DNA from: Epiperipatus broadwayi
Taxonomy: Eukaryota; Animalia; Onychophora
Direction: 5' to 3'
Assembly: GCA_028023455.1 (NCBI GenBank)
Contig: JAQFVV010000001.1
Location: 3,596,001-3,660,000 of the forward strand
DNA: 64,000 nucleotides
Below the pieces are notes generated by a model. That model saw only the letters and a program-made list of their open reading frames with translations. It did not search any database and was not told where the DNA came from. The position numbers and the translations under genes were made by a program. This document shows positions 12,906-23,879 of this stretch, one piece after another. Each line of letters starts with the position of its first letter. The stretch's first letter is position 1.

Positions 12906-15900
12906 AATTTAAAATGTATATATATAAATTATCTATCCAAATAATGATTCTAATGTTTGTGAACTATCTTCAGTAGAAGTTGTTTGTTCTATGAGATGGT
13001 TTTTAACAAAGTTAATAATACCATGTTAAAATGCATTCTATCAAGAATCAACGTAAATCCAAGAATTTTGGATGAAGTATATTGTTAGAAGAAGAATGAG
13101 CTTTCTGAAATATAATCATGTCAATGTTATGTGGAATAGTTATCTTGTGGAAGATTTCCATTTTTGATTTTGATATACCCTCAAGTTGAAGTAATTTTGT
13201 GTTTTCTAAATGAAGAGGAAATTACTTTGGTACTTGGTTTTTCATGTTTACCAACACCATGTAGTCAGTTTTCATTTAAAGAGATTAGAATTTTCTCCTC
13301 TGTAATTCCAGTGTGGCTTTTCTTCAATAATATTACTAGAGTTCACATTAATGGTTTTATTGGCATTTTTTATAATTTGATGATGTTTATGATAAGGTTG
13401 ATTCCATGCAGAGACAATTAGTTTCACATATTAACATCTGCTACTTGCAGAATGAGCCAGAAAAAGGCTGTCATTGATTTTTAACCAGTAGAGTTTATCC
13501 CGATTTTATTTATTATTCTTATCATTCCTGAGGTTGTTGTTCTTGAAACATTAAACCATTAATCAAATCATCAGTTTTGATACTAATGTTCTGACAATTC
13601 ACGCAGTTAAGAATTTTGCTGAGATCAGATAATTCTGATATTTATTCTTTCAAATTTATAAAATGATTTTTTTTTTCATAACCTCTTTAGAACTCTATCT
13701 GAAAAATATAAAAAAATATTTCACTGATATGCATTTCTATTTCTGTGCTACAAAATATCAAAAATCTAGTGCAAATATCACCAATATTAGCATTATTTTG
13801 ACCCAATTTTAGAATGAATTAGCATGCATTATAATCTGCAATATCTTTTACTATTGAAGATTAAACAAATCAAAAGCTGTTAGCAAAACATCTCCATGAC
13901 TAATCGGCAAAACCATTAAAAGATTCAAGGAAGTTATAGCTATTATAAAAAGAAATCTTAATCAATATAAGAAATTCTGTTTATTTTTTTCGTTTACATT
14001 TTACTTATGTATGTTAAAATGAAGAAAAAAACGATAAAATGAAAGTTAATTTTATTACGACTTATATATTTTTAAAATATATTTTATAAATACTGTAATA
14101 CTTAATCGATGAATATACTGTATAAATATTTGATAAGTAGTATAACTTGACTTCGTAAAAATCAAACAACATACTTGTGGTTGAAGCCCTTCCTAACATT
14201 ACTGTGGATTTTTTTTTTTTTTTTTAAGGAAGCTTTTCTTAAAAAAATATATATTAATAATATATATATAATACATTTAAATTACACCGTGCTCACAAGT
14301 ATTACAAATTAAAAATAAAACATACTTTACATTACCTGGCAATATTCAAAAATAAGTTTAAGAATCGTATCGTAATTGAACTACAACTATCATATCGTTG
14401 GATTTGTGAATTACATAATTATAACAATAGCTATTTTAAAAGGTAAATAAAGATTTTTTTATTTCTACATTAAATATTTTTCAGTTTTTTTATTTTTTAT
14501 GAATGAAATAAAATTCAAAACTTGTTAAATTTATTTTTGAAAGTTGGCAGTTAATGTAAAGTATGTTTTATTACTATTTTGTAACACATGTACACCATTG
14601 ACTCTTGGCAATCATAATTACAATATATCTCCAGAAAGATTTATCATATGCTGGTTTTTCAGATTCTTCAAAAGTCTATCCATTATTTTCATTACATACT
14701 TTTCGAATAAATCATCCTTTACTTCATGCTCAGAGCTCATAAGAACTTCCAAGTAATAAACCATTCGATTATTATAATTCTTTAGTCATCTTATCACAAA
14801 AATAAAACAATTTCAATGAAGTCATTTGTAGTTCAAGGATAGAATTAAGGTCTGATATAAATTGATAACTTTTCTTGCAATTCATGAAATACTCAAAAGC
14901 ACCCAAATTACTTTCCTAATTCTTTTTCATTATCTACCTTTCATATTTATAGAGAATCAAATCGCTCTTTCACAATTCATATCTTCTTTTTAAAAGATAA
15001 GTTCCTACATCAAAAATTTTTTCAGGGTTTTTCACTGCAACTCTGTTCAGAGTTAAAGTGCAACAAATATCTTGACTACTGGATTCTTTGTTACTGGTGA
15101 AGGATTTAAAGAGCTAAAGGCTATCAAATATTTATATGTCTTTTTTATTTAACCATTATTACATTGTTTCATGAATATAGATTTAACATCATATATAAGA
15201 TTTTTGATAATTTAAAAATTCCAAGATGATTCAAAACTAATTAGACTATAATGCTCTAGAAGGTTCAGACTTATAATAGTTATCTAAACAGTATACAAGG
15301 TGGAAAAGAAAGGTGAACTATACCATACCTGATACTTACAGTGAAAGGATTACAATCATATTTTGTTCTGAGGTTAGGGTATTAACACTCATCTGATCAA
15401 TATGATCTTTCAGCTAAGGTTAGTAGATATTCATTTAGAGTCAATCCATAGATTACCTATGGGCTGTGTCTTTGCTTTAGTAATGGAATTTTTGATAATC
15501 GTACATTCTAATATATGTATCACTTTGAGATAAAGTGATTGCTGGCTACTCTTTTTGTTAATTAGTATAATGCCTTTCATGGTTTGAAGTAGTGGAGAGT
15601 CTAAAGATCATAGTTCATGGATCACAATTTATTTTTGTCATTTTTGTTGATCAAATTTCATATAAACCTTCATATGAATCTTAAAGAAGAAACTATTCAA
15701 TTGTTTTTTTATTTCGCTGTTTCAGTTTTTGATCACGGATCAAATAATTCACATAAGAATTTGTTTGAAAACATAAATATGACATAACAAGGTTATTACA
15801 TCTATCATATATGCCTAATTTTTAAATAAATGCAAAATATTGTATAACATAATACTTTGATACTTTACCATTATTAATGTGTAAAACATTATAGCAAGAA

Positions 15901-16419
15901 CAAAAACAAATTAAATAGATTGAGTATACTTTTGACTCATAAGCATCATACTTATGGTGGTAAATAAGTTTGAAGGTTATCATTAGGATTTAAGAAATCC
16001 ATTTTTGTTAATTTGTATGTGATTGGCTCTTTGATTCATTACACATTCATTTTGCATAATAAAACACTTCTTTGTTTTTCCATTTTCTGTCATTCCTTTC
16101 TTTTCACATTATTTTAACAATATAAGGATCAAACTATGTCCACATTTATTTTCATGGTTATAAAAATTGATATTTTTGTTTAATCAACCTTAACCTTCTT
16201 ATACATTAATGCATGATGTGTTATTCTTACTCTTAAATTTTCCTTTGTTTTGCCATAATATGTGCAAGGACAATCTGCTTGGCTACAAGCTACTGCATAT
16301 ACAATATTGTATCCTTTTAATTTATATATTTTAAATTTGGCTCCCCACAGTTTTTTTTTAATTTTTATTTTTTCTTTCCTTTTGGGGTTCCCTTTTGGGT
16401 TTTATTATTTTTTTTTATA

Positions 16420-16444
16420 GGGGGGGGGGGGGGGGGGGGGGGGG
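16420..16444 (+). repeat. G25 homopolymer
   Basis: direct reading. Confidence 0.9.
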
Positions 16445-17093
16445 ATTTTATTATTATGGAGGTTTTCTATAAAGTGTGTTGAAAAAAAAATATTAGGTTT
16501 TTGATAATTAAGAAGAGGGGTATTTATTTGTTGGTTATTTATAATTTAATTTTATTTTTTATTTTGTATGGTGTATTAAAATTTTTATTATTTTAATTTA
16601 TTTAAGCGTTAATGAAGTAAAATCTTAACTATTTATATATTTTATTAAAAAAGCTCTATAGCCATGTGTAAGTACACTTATTACATTTATTCCATTCCAT
16701 ATATAAGAAATATAAATAGATAATGTCTTTACATATTTTATTAGGAAAAAACATGGACATGGCTTTGACCCTGGTATTGTTAAAATAATGAGCAAAAAAA
16801 AAAGAAATGTCAGTAAATGGAAATCAAAGAGGTATCGTTTATTATGCAAAATAAATATAAAATGAATCAAAAAGCTAATAGTACTCAAATTAATAAAAGT
16901 GGGTCTCCTAAATGTTTAATGATAAACTTCAAAATTATAGACAACTATGATTATAATGTGTGTCAAAAGTATACTTTGTTTATTTAATACATATATATAA
17001 TGAGTATATATCATAAATAATATATAGTAATGTAATGAAACAATAGTACGGTGAAGAAATTTGATGTTATATAATATATATATATATATTATT

Positions 17094-18414
17094 AATTGCT
17101 AGGCCAGGCTTTCAATACAGAGTATCTGTGTCAAAGCTTGACTGAACTAAAATTAGCAAGGATATTGGCATTTCCACTTGCAGATAAATTAAACTAGCTA
17201 ATGGTTTTAATAAATTTGCATATTTGCATGTGTGAATGTATGTGTGTAAATCAGACAGGCAATTAACTATGCTGTTGAATTAAATGACCAGTGTTATATA
17301 CGGGAGATGCTAGTGGCTCTCAAATTTATAGCATTTTTGAAGTTGATTATGTCCAGGCCTTCCATAATTTTACATTTTTTTTGTTGCTTTCAAGGCAGAC
17401 AACCCTAGAATTGACAGGTTTAAAAAAATGACCAGTGTTTTTTTCATGGTCAATGAATATTGACCTGTAAGTACTGTTGGATTGGGTTGGGTAATGCTCG
17501 ATTTTATATTTGTGTGATTTTCTCCCTAATATCTGCCATTACAAAATTGGCAGTTTCCGCTGTATATCAGTTATGCCTTATTGTTGTTAATGACCTTGTC
17601 TTTGGAATTCTTAATGAGTCTGTTAAATGAAAAGGGATGTCTAAAACCAAGATTGAAATGTTTATTTAAGATAGGTATTAATATTGAATAGATTTTATGA
17701 ATATAAGGCATGTCAATCCAAAGTTTAAGATTAGATGACTAATCGAATTTGTATAAATTGTTAAATCTCTTTATTTGTTGTATCAAATGGGACCTTATAT
17801 TCATAAAATCCATTCAAAATTAATATCTATCTTAAACAAAATTTTGATGTTGGTTTTAAATACTCCTTGTTACTTAACAGATTCATTAATAATTTGAAAG
17901 ACAAGATCGTTAATGACAATAGGGCTCAACTGGTGTATATCCTAAACTGCAATTTAGTAATGTCAGATATTATGGAGAAACTCATGCAAACTTATCCCAT
18001 CTATTCATTTATAGAATAGAGCCAAATCCAACAGCACTTACAGCTCAGTATTCATCGACCATGAAAAAAACACTGGCTATTTTTTTTAAACCTGCCAATG
18101 TAGGGTTATCTGCCTTGAAAGCAACAACAAAAAAACATAAAATCAAGGAGGCTTGCACATAATCAACTTCAAAAATTCCATAAATTTGAGAGGCAATAGC
18201 ATTCCCTTAAAAAACACAGGTCTCTTAATTCAACAGAATAGATAATTGTCTGACTGATTTAGACAAATTTATTCATACATGCAAATATGCAAATTTATTA
18301 AAATCACAAACTAGTTTAATTTATCTACAAGTGGAAATGCCAATATCCTTGCTAATTTTAGTTCAGTTATGCTTTGACAGAGATAATTCATATTAAAAGT
18401 GTGGCTTAACAATT
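17094..18414. repeat. Large foldback element, arms of about 615 bp, 84-bp spacer
   Basis: 17094-17708 aligns with the reverse complement of 17793-18414 throughout (about 80% by eye), e.g. ctgaactaaaattagcaaggatattggcatttccacttg at ~17143 versus caagtggaaatgccaatatccttgctaattttagttcag at ~18328. Confidence 0.9.
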
Positions 18415-20149
18415 ACTAAAATAAAATATATATTTTATTATATCAAACTTATCATATGTATATATATACATAATGGGAGACCCAAAATAAGTGGAATCGT
18501 TCTCTGGTTTGCATGCCTATTGTAGTATATATTTCAGCTGTTATATACTTCTTGTAGGGACACTTCTATATTAATCTGTCAAATGACATCAGCATATGAA
18601 ATCACATAGCACATTGTTTTTTTAATGTGCGTTTCGTGTATTTGTCAATTTTATTTATAATGACTGAAATGTTAGAATTAACATTGATTTCTTTTTTATG
18701 CAAACAGCATTTTTCTCTCAGATTTAATTTGTAACAGATAGATATTTTATCTGCATGTTGTGAAATATGTACATGATGTGGTGAAATATAAAGATTCCAT
18801 TTTTGTGCAAAGAAAAGGGTGCAAACTCCATCCCTACAGTGTCATCTCTCAAAACCTTGAGTGTGAAACACTTTTTAATTAAATTCAGCAAGACCCAGCT
18901 TATCTATCAGTTGTAATTGTTCAATCTCACTTTGTGTAATTTTTTTTAAATCTCTCAAATAAAAAAAATGGTCTCAATTTTTTTGCGGACTTGGAATTGG
19001 TATTAAAATAATGACAGAGACATTAAAAGCCATCACTTTGCAAGTATTTCCTGACTACTTTGGAAAATGAGAAACACATTTAGACTGATGTATTGCATCA
19101 AATGGATAATAATTTGAAAGAAATGAAATTTATAGCCCTTAAAAATAAATAAACATTTTTTTTACTATAAAATTCCAGTTATTTTTGGGTACCTCTGGGT
19201 GTGTGTATATATATAAAATGTCTTCATACTGGAATGATTAATAAATCTTCCAGATGTGTTTATTCTAGAAGTTTGATTTAAGTAAAATTGGAATTGTTTT
19301 TTTATTAGACGATGGATAATTTTTTTAAAAAAATTATGATTTATTTCAGATATTCATCTAGAATCAACACTGATAACTATTCGATTAATATTTTTGTGTA
19401 CAAGGTAAAACAAAAAACATAAAAACTCTTATCATCTGGCATTTGACTAATCATTTGAGCAATATCTTCACTGTTATTCCATGGCCTGATGCTATACAGG
19501 GAACTATTTAAAGATACTTTATCTTTTGCCTAAATATTATTATAATAATTTTAGAAATAATACCAAATGAGTAACTTTATCCTAATTCAAAAAGGAAAAT
19601 GGAGAGTAAAAAATATAAAGAGGAACAAAAACTTAAATAAGAGTTAGCAATTTATATGCAAATCAGACTATAGAAAATAAGTATTATCACATTTATCATA
19701 TTATTTTTTTTAGAATGTTTATATTTTACATCAAACAATGCTATTTTTTAATCTCTTCTGTATTTTTTTTTTTTTGGGGGGGGAAATATTCCCAAAAATC
19801 TTATTTAAATTATAGCCCTCCGTTATGTTTTATTTATAATTACATCTTCCAAATAAAATCAATATATATATTTATCTTTAGGATGTCTTGATCACTTTAG
19901 TAATATAAATGGAGTTTGCCTTTCCCTTGCTAGCTATCACTCAAGTTACCATAAAATCGGTTTTTATAAAGTTTTTTTTATATACTTTATATACATGATC
20001 TAAAGAAATTATCATCTTAGTATTGTGAATACTATATTCTGTAATAAAAGAATATACAGATTAATCTTATAATCCTTTCAACATATTTTCAAAACATTGC
20101 TATCATTTTTAGATACATTTTTTAAAGTGTCTTACATTAAAATAAATTC

Positions 20150-21140
20150 ATATTTCATCTCCATATAATAAATTAAACACCCTTAACAACAAATTTACTT
20201 GTAGTTATATTGCTGTAATTAAATATTGTATCCTATCTTTTAACTTAAACCCAATAGCAGACATTGTCATCTGCTGTTGCAAATCAACATCCAATTCTAT
20301 CTAAAAAGTTATCAAGATATTTTAATTGATCCACATTTTCAAACTGATGATTAGCTAGCTTAAAAGTTGCTAAAGCTTTGTTATCCATCACTGGCTGATA
20401 AAGATCCTAAAGTGTTCAAACAATTAAATCTTTATAGGTTGCATTCAAAACGTGAATATTCTGTAGTTAATTCCTTAATTGGCAAGAATATTATATTCAT
20501 TAGCATATTTTTTTTTTATAAAGTGTCATAGCATTGGCCTGGGATGCAAACCCGCAACCCGGGCAACTGCCTGCAAGTGCAAGGCAGTCATGCTGACCTC
20601 TCAACCACCAATGCAAGACGAATTCAAGTTTTTTTAGTTTTACTTTTGCTTCAAATTAAAAATTCAATCATCAAAATTATGCCTATTTTATAAAGTAGCT
20701 TATAGATTAAATATAAGCTATTAAACACCCTTAAGTAATATTTTAAAAGTAATGTTTATCTTCATATAATTATATAAAAGTTCATATAATATGAAGGCCT
20801 TTTGTGAACAACTATTTCAAACATTATTTTACACATTTTTCATAAAATGAGTCAAATGTCTTGACCAAATCAAATAAACCAATATGTAAATTATATCTTT
20901 GCTCATGACTTTTTTTCATTTGCCTTATTTTTTGATTCTCCAAAATAATACTGCACTTCTGATAATCATTCATCAGTGTCTAGAAGCAAATTGTTTAATA
21001 AAATTCTTATATGCCCATTTGTAGTATAGATTAACAATAGCAAGAATAATATGAGATGGCACATTGATTTCATATAGTTTTAAAACATTATATTAAAATC
21101 ATATTTTAAAAATTTCTCCAGAAACCTATCCAAGATCTAG
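20150..21140 (-). mobile_element. Decayed RTE-type RT fragment interrupted by a SINE
   Basis: IRQMKKSHEQRYNLHIGLFDLVKTFDS (~20920-20840), YANEYNILA (YADD position, ~20505), FENVDQLKYLD (~20330). Confidence 0.7.
20508..20619 (-). mobile_element. tRNA-Gly-like SINE / tRNA pseudogene with A-rich tail
   Basis: 20614->20531 reads GCATTGGTGGTTGAGAGGTCAGCATGACTGCCTTGCACTTGCAGGCAGTTGCCCGGGTTGCGGGTTTGCATCCCAGGCCAATGC. It has the acceptor stem GCATTGG/CCAATGC, resembles tRNA-Gly(TCC), has a 5' GTCTT leader and a 3' tatgac..A10 tail. Confidence 0.75.
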
Positions 21141-21277
21141 TTGAATTTTTATATTAGACTATTTCCATCATATAATATATGTATTGAATGTCTTTAGAAA
21201 AATTTAACTTTATTTAAATATTCCAAAACCTTCAACTATTAGTGATAGCACATCAAACAGGTTAGTATATGCACAAT

Positions 21278-21427
21278 GTCAATATTTCAAGAGGTGTTAG
21301 TCTCCCCTCTTCTTCAGGTGTTGCTGGCCTGACCAGTGAGAGTACTAGCATGGGATCAAACCTGGGTACTTAGATTCTTGAGTTTTGAATTTTAAGGTAA
21401 TGCTCTAACCAACTGAGCCATCATGCC
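21278..21427 (-). mobile_element. tRNA-headed SINE with hammerhead-like 3' module
   Basis: A-box TGGCTCAGTTGG at the 5' end and B-box-like GGTTTGATCCC, then CTGAAGA-A-GAGGGG-loop-CCTCTT-GAAA-TATT at 21317->21281. Confidence 0.65.
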
Positions 21428-21587
21428 AAAGGCAATAGTTTGTAGTAATTTCATATGTTTATCTACAAGGTTCTTCCTGATTTCTCCACTTTTTCCTAAG
21501 AGCAAAGTTGATTAGTGATTTCCATATATTATATAAAGTCACACTGGGTTGGCTTATGGGATTTTTTGCCATTGTCATTGTCATTGT

Positions 21588-21880
21588 ATGTGGAAGATGA
21601 TAATCTAGACCAACTGATGAGTGCTGGTTTAACACGAAATATGTATATTGTTGATTATTCCTCTTTTCTACATTTGTGTGGTCATGTGTATCAATAGTAT
21701 AAGATAGTGTGGATAGTTGAAGGGTGCTTGAAAGTCTGTGTATTGACATTTGAAGACCAATTTCTACCTATAGAACTTTAATTTGCATATTGTTTTTATT
21801 ATACAATATTATGTATTTATTTATTTATTGGTTTAATAAAGTTTGTTTTTGATAATAATAAAAAAGTCTGTGTTCAAATC
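21588..21880 (+). mobile_element. Copy of the hammerhead-bearing dispersed repeat, split by a 121-bp insertion
   Basis: Homologous to 12730-12902 and to the reverse complement of 34994-35160; insertion 21742-21862 is flanked by the 11-bp direct repeat aaagtctgtgt (21731-21741, 21863-21873). Confidence 0.7.
21610..21651 (+). ncRNA. Type I minimal hammerhead ribozyme motif, core intact
   Basis: CAA CTGATGA GTG-ctggtttaa-CAC GAAA TATGTAT A^TTG. Core CTGATGA 21614-21620, GAAA 21636-21639, NUH = AUA, predicted cut after 21647. Confidence 0.7.
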
Positions 21881-23029
21881 TCCTACATCAATAGGTAAAG
21901 TAATTGAATGACTTTGCCAAGGTTTTAGATTGAACAAATTCGAAAGTTGTCACATTGGAGTAGTTTTGTATAATATTGCATCAAAAATTATTATATTCCG
22001 TAAAGATAAACTTGCTTTTGAGATAAAATATTGAAAAATATATATTTAACGATTAATATATATATATATATTGATAATATATTCGAATGATATATAAATA
22101 TTTGATAAAATAATTAAGATATAATGTAAATACATTATGAACAAATAGAAATGTGTGTGGATTTACATAATCTTACATAGACACGCTACTGCACGTACAT
22201 GTTACACGCCACACACCGACATATACACAGATATATTAAAATTTAAAGTAATTGACAAAGAAAATTAAGTATATTTAGCGTACAATGTAAATAAAATTTA
22301 TATAAATATATTTTTATAATATATATAATTTTTAAAAAAATTAAAATATTTAAATATTTTATGATTACTTCCTGTTCCATGCTTACTTCCCAGAAATAAA
22401 TACAGTATTATGGGATATACATGTATTGAATGAATGTATTATCCCACACAATTTTGTCAAAGGGTTACTCATCTATTACTTCTTTTTTTCTCCATTTGAG
22501 GAAATGATAAGAAATATCTTACACATATATATATATGAACATTTTCTTTACAGCATTTATTTTCTTTACTATTTAAAAAGAAATTAAACAATTGTTAAAG
22601 TATAAATTACCATATTAGATATAAAGATATGATAAAGTGTTTTTTTTCTATTAATTTTCATCCGTTTACTAATATAAACAACCTGTTTTATAGCATAAAA
22701 TAAAATGGGTATAGTAGTTTTGTAATTTTTAAAAGTCCTTCACATTTATGTAATACAATTTAATATTTAAAGCATATTCATTTTTTTTTTTTTATTTGTA
22801 TAATGAGCATCATCTAATGGCGTTCTTTTAAAAATGAGATGACAAACAATTATATAATATTATCAAGATCATCAAGTGTTTAAATATCTTGTTGCCTTGG
22901 TTACTAAATCTACTTAAATATACACACGTGTGAAAAACGTAAAATGGTAGAATTAAAAAGTTTTACGCTGAAATAATTGTATAATTTCAGAGTGATTATG
23001 CATTAAATTAATATATATTTACAAAATAA

Positions 23030-23200
23030 AATAAATGGCTGAGAAAACGAACGTCTTTGAAGGAATTAAAAACTGTAAAGAGCTGGATTGGACGTATTGA
23101 TAAGCAGAGATTTGAAACCGGATCCCAAAAAATTGTAGAACATCTAGAAATAGACCACACATGTGAGATGGAAAGATGAAGTGAGAGAGTGACTATGGAT
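23030..23200 (+). mobile_element. RTE LINE 3' fragment
   Basis: WLRKRTSLKELKTVKSWIGRI.. and VRWKDEVRE resemble the RTE C-terminal motifs W.R..T....KW.WAGH and RW.DE. Confidence 0.5.
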
Positions 23201-23879
23201 CAGAAAAATTTAAATAAACTTTGAGAAATCTTCATCCTACTGTGCATCAATAATAGTTGGAAATAATAATATGATGATGATGAATACAAAGTATTGATAA
23301 TAACATTAAAGACAGAAGTAGAAGAATTGATTGATATATCAATAAATTTAGCGAAGAGTAAAATAAACAGAGCCATTTCCATCCCATGTAATATTATAAT
23401 AATATAAACCAAAGAAATATCAAATAAAATATCGGTATGCTTGATCACACAGAGTGTACTTTATCACTGCTGACCATCTCATCTTTAAAATTTTATCACA
23501 AAGTATAATAAGCAATAATATTTAAAGTTCAATTATAAATATGTTTTTTTTATTTTAATAAATAAATAGTTGTTTACACAATATATTTCACCAAAATATT
23601 TTTTTTTTTTTTTTTAAAAAAAATGTAAAATATACTAATTTGAATAAATTAGTTATCAAGAAAAAACAATAGCATATAGTAAACTAAGATGCAGCCTATT
23701 GATGGTGGGGAGATAAAGAATACAAATGACTGTATGATACAGGCAAGTTGAGAAAATCAGTAATCACTATCTGTATTTATAGACCATGAATTAAGTTGTC
23801 AATGTAATTTTAATTTCAATAACGTATACATTTTATATCAATTTTATTATTTGATATGAGGAATCTGACAACAATTAAT

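Larger units (their letters stand above)
9700..13200 (-). mobile_element. Decayed near full-length Vingi/Ingi-type LINE (APE-RT-CCHC, single ORF)
   Basis: Collinear minus-strand remnants: LLQL.EGISKSK..HNIDMIIFQKAH (~13190-13110), DFNAHRSFW (~12330), LYDVEQSETFYSEKW, YNRF..AAKGYISGGY.KQFIP (~12000), HDSIFPEFLKKLESKAKVW (ORF 11335-11583), TTHIEKGFKNKLRTTGPTFID (~11000), GSPQNSILSTISFNIFVSDLPDTDCRKFVY (~10680), QIMNHILNDC (~9860). Many stops and frameshifts. Confidence 0.8.

Noticed and set aside
17390-17480. Apparent exon with acceptor and gtaagt donor, mirrored at 18040-18125
   Set aside because: Both lie in the arms of the foldback, and all three frames of the plus copy contain stops
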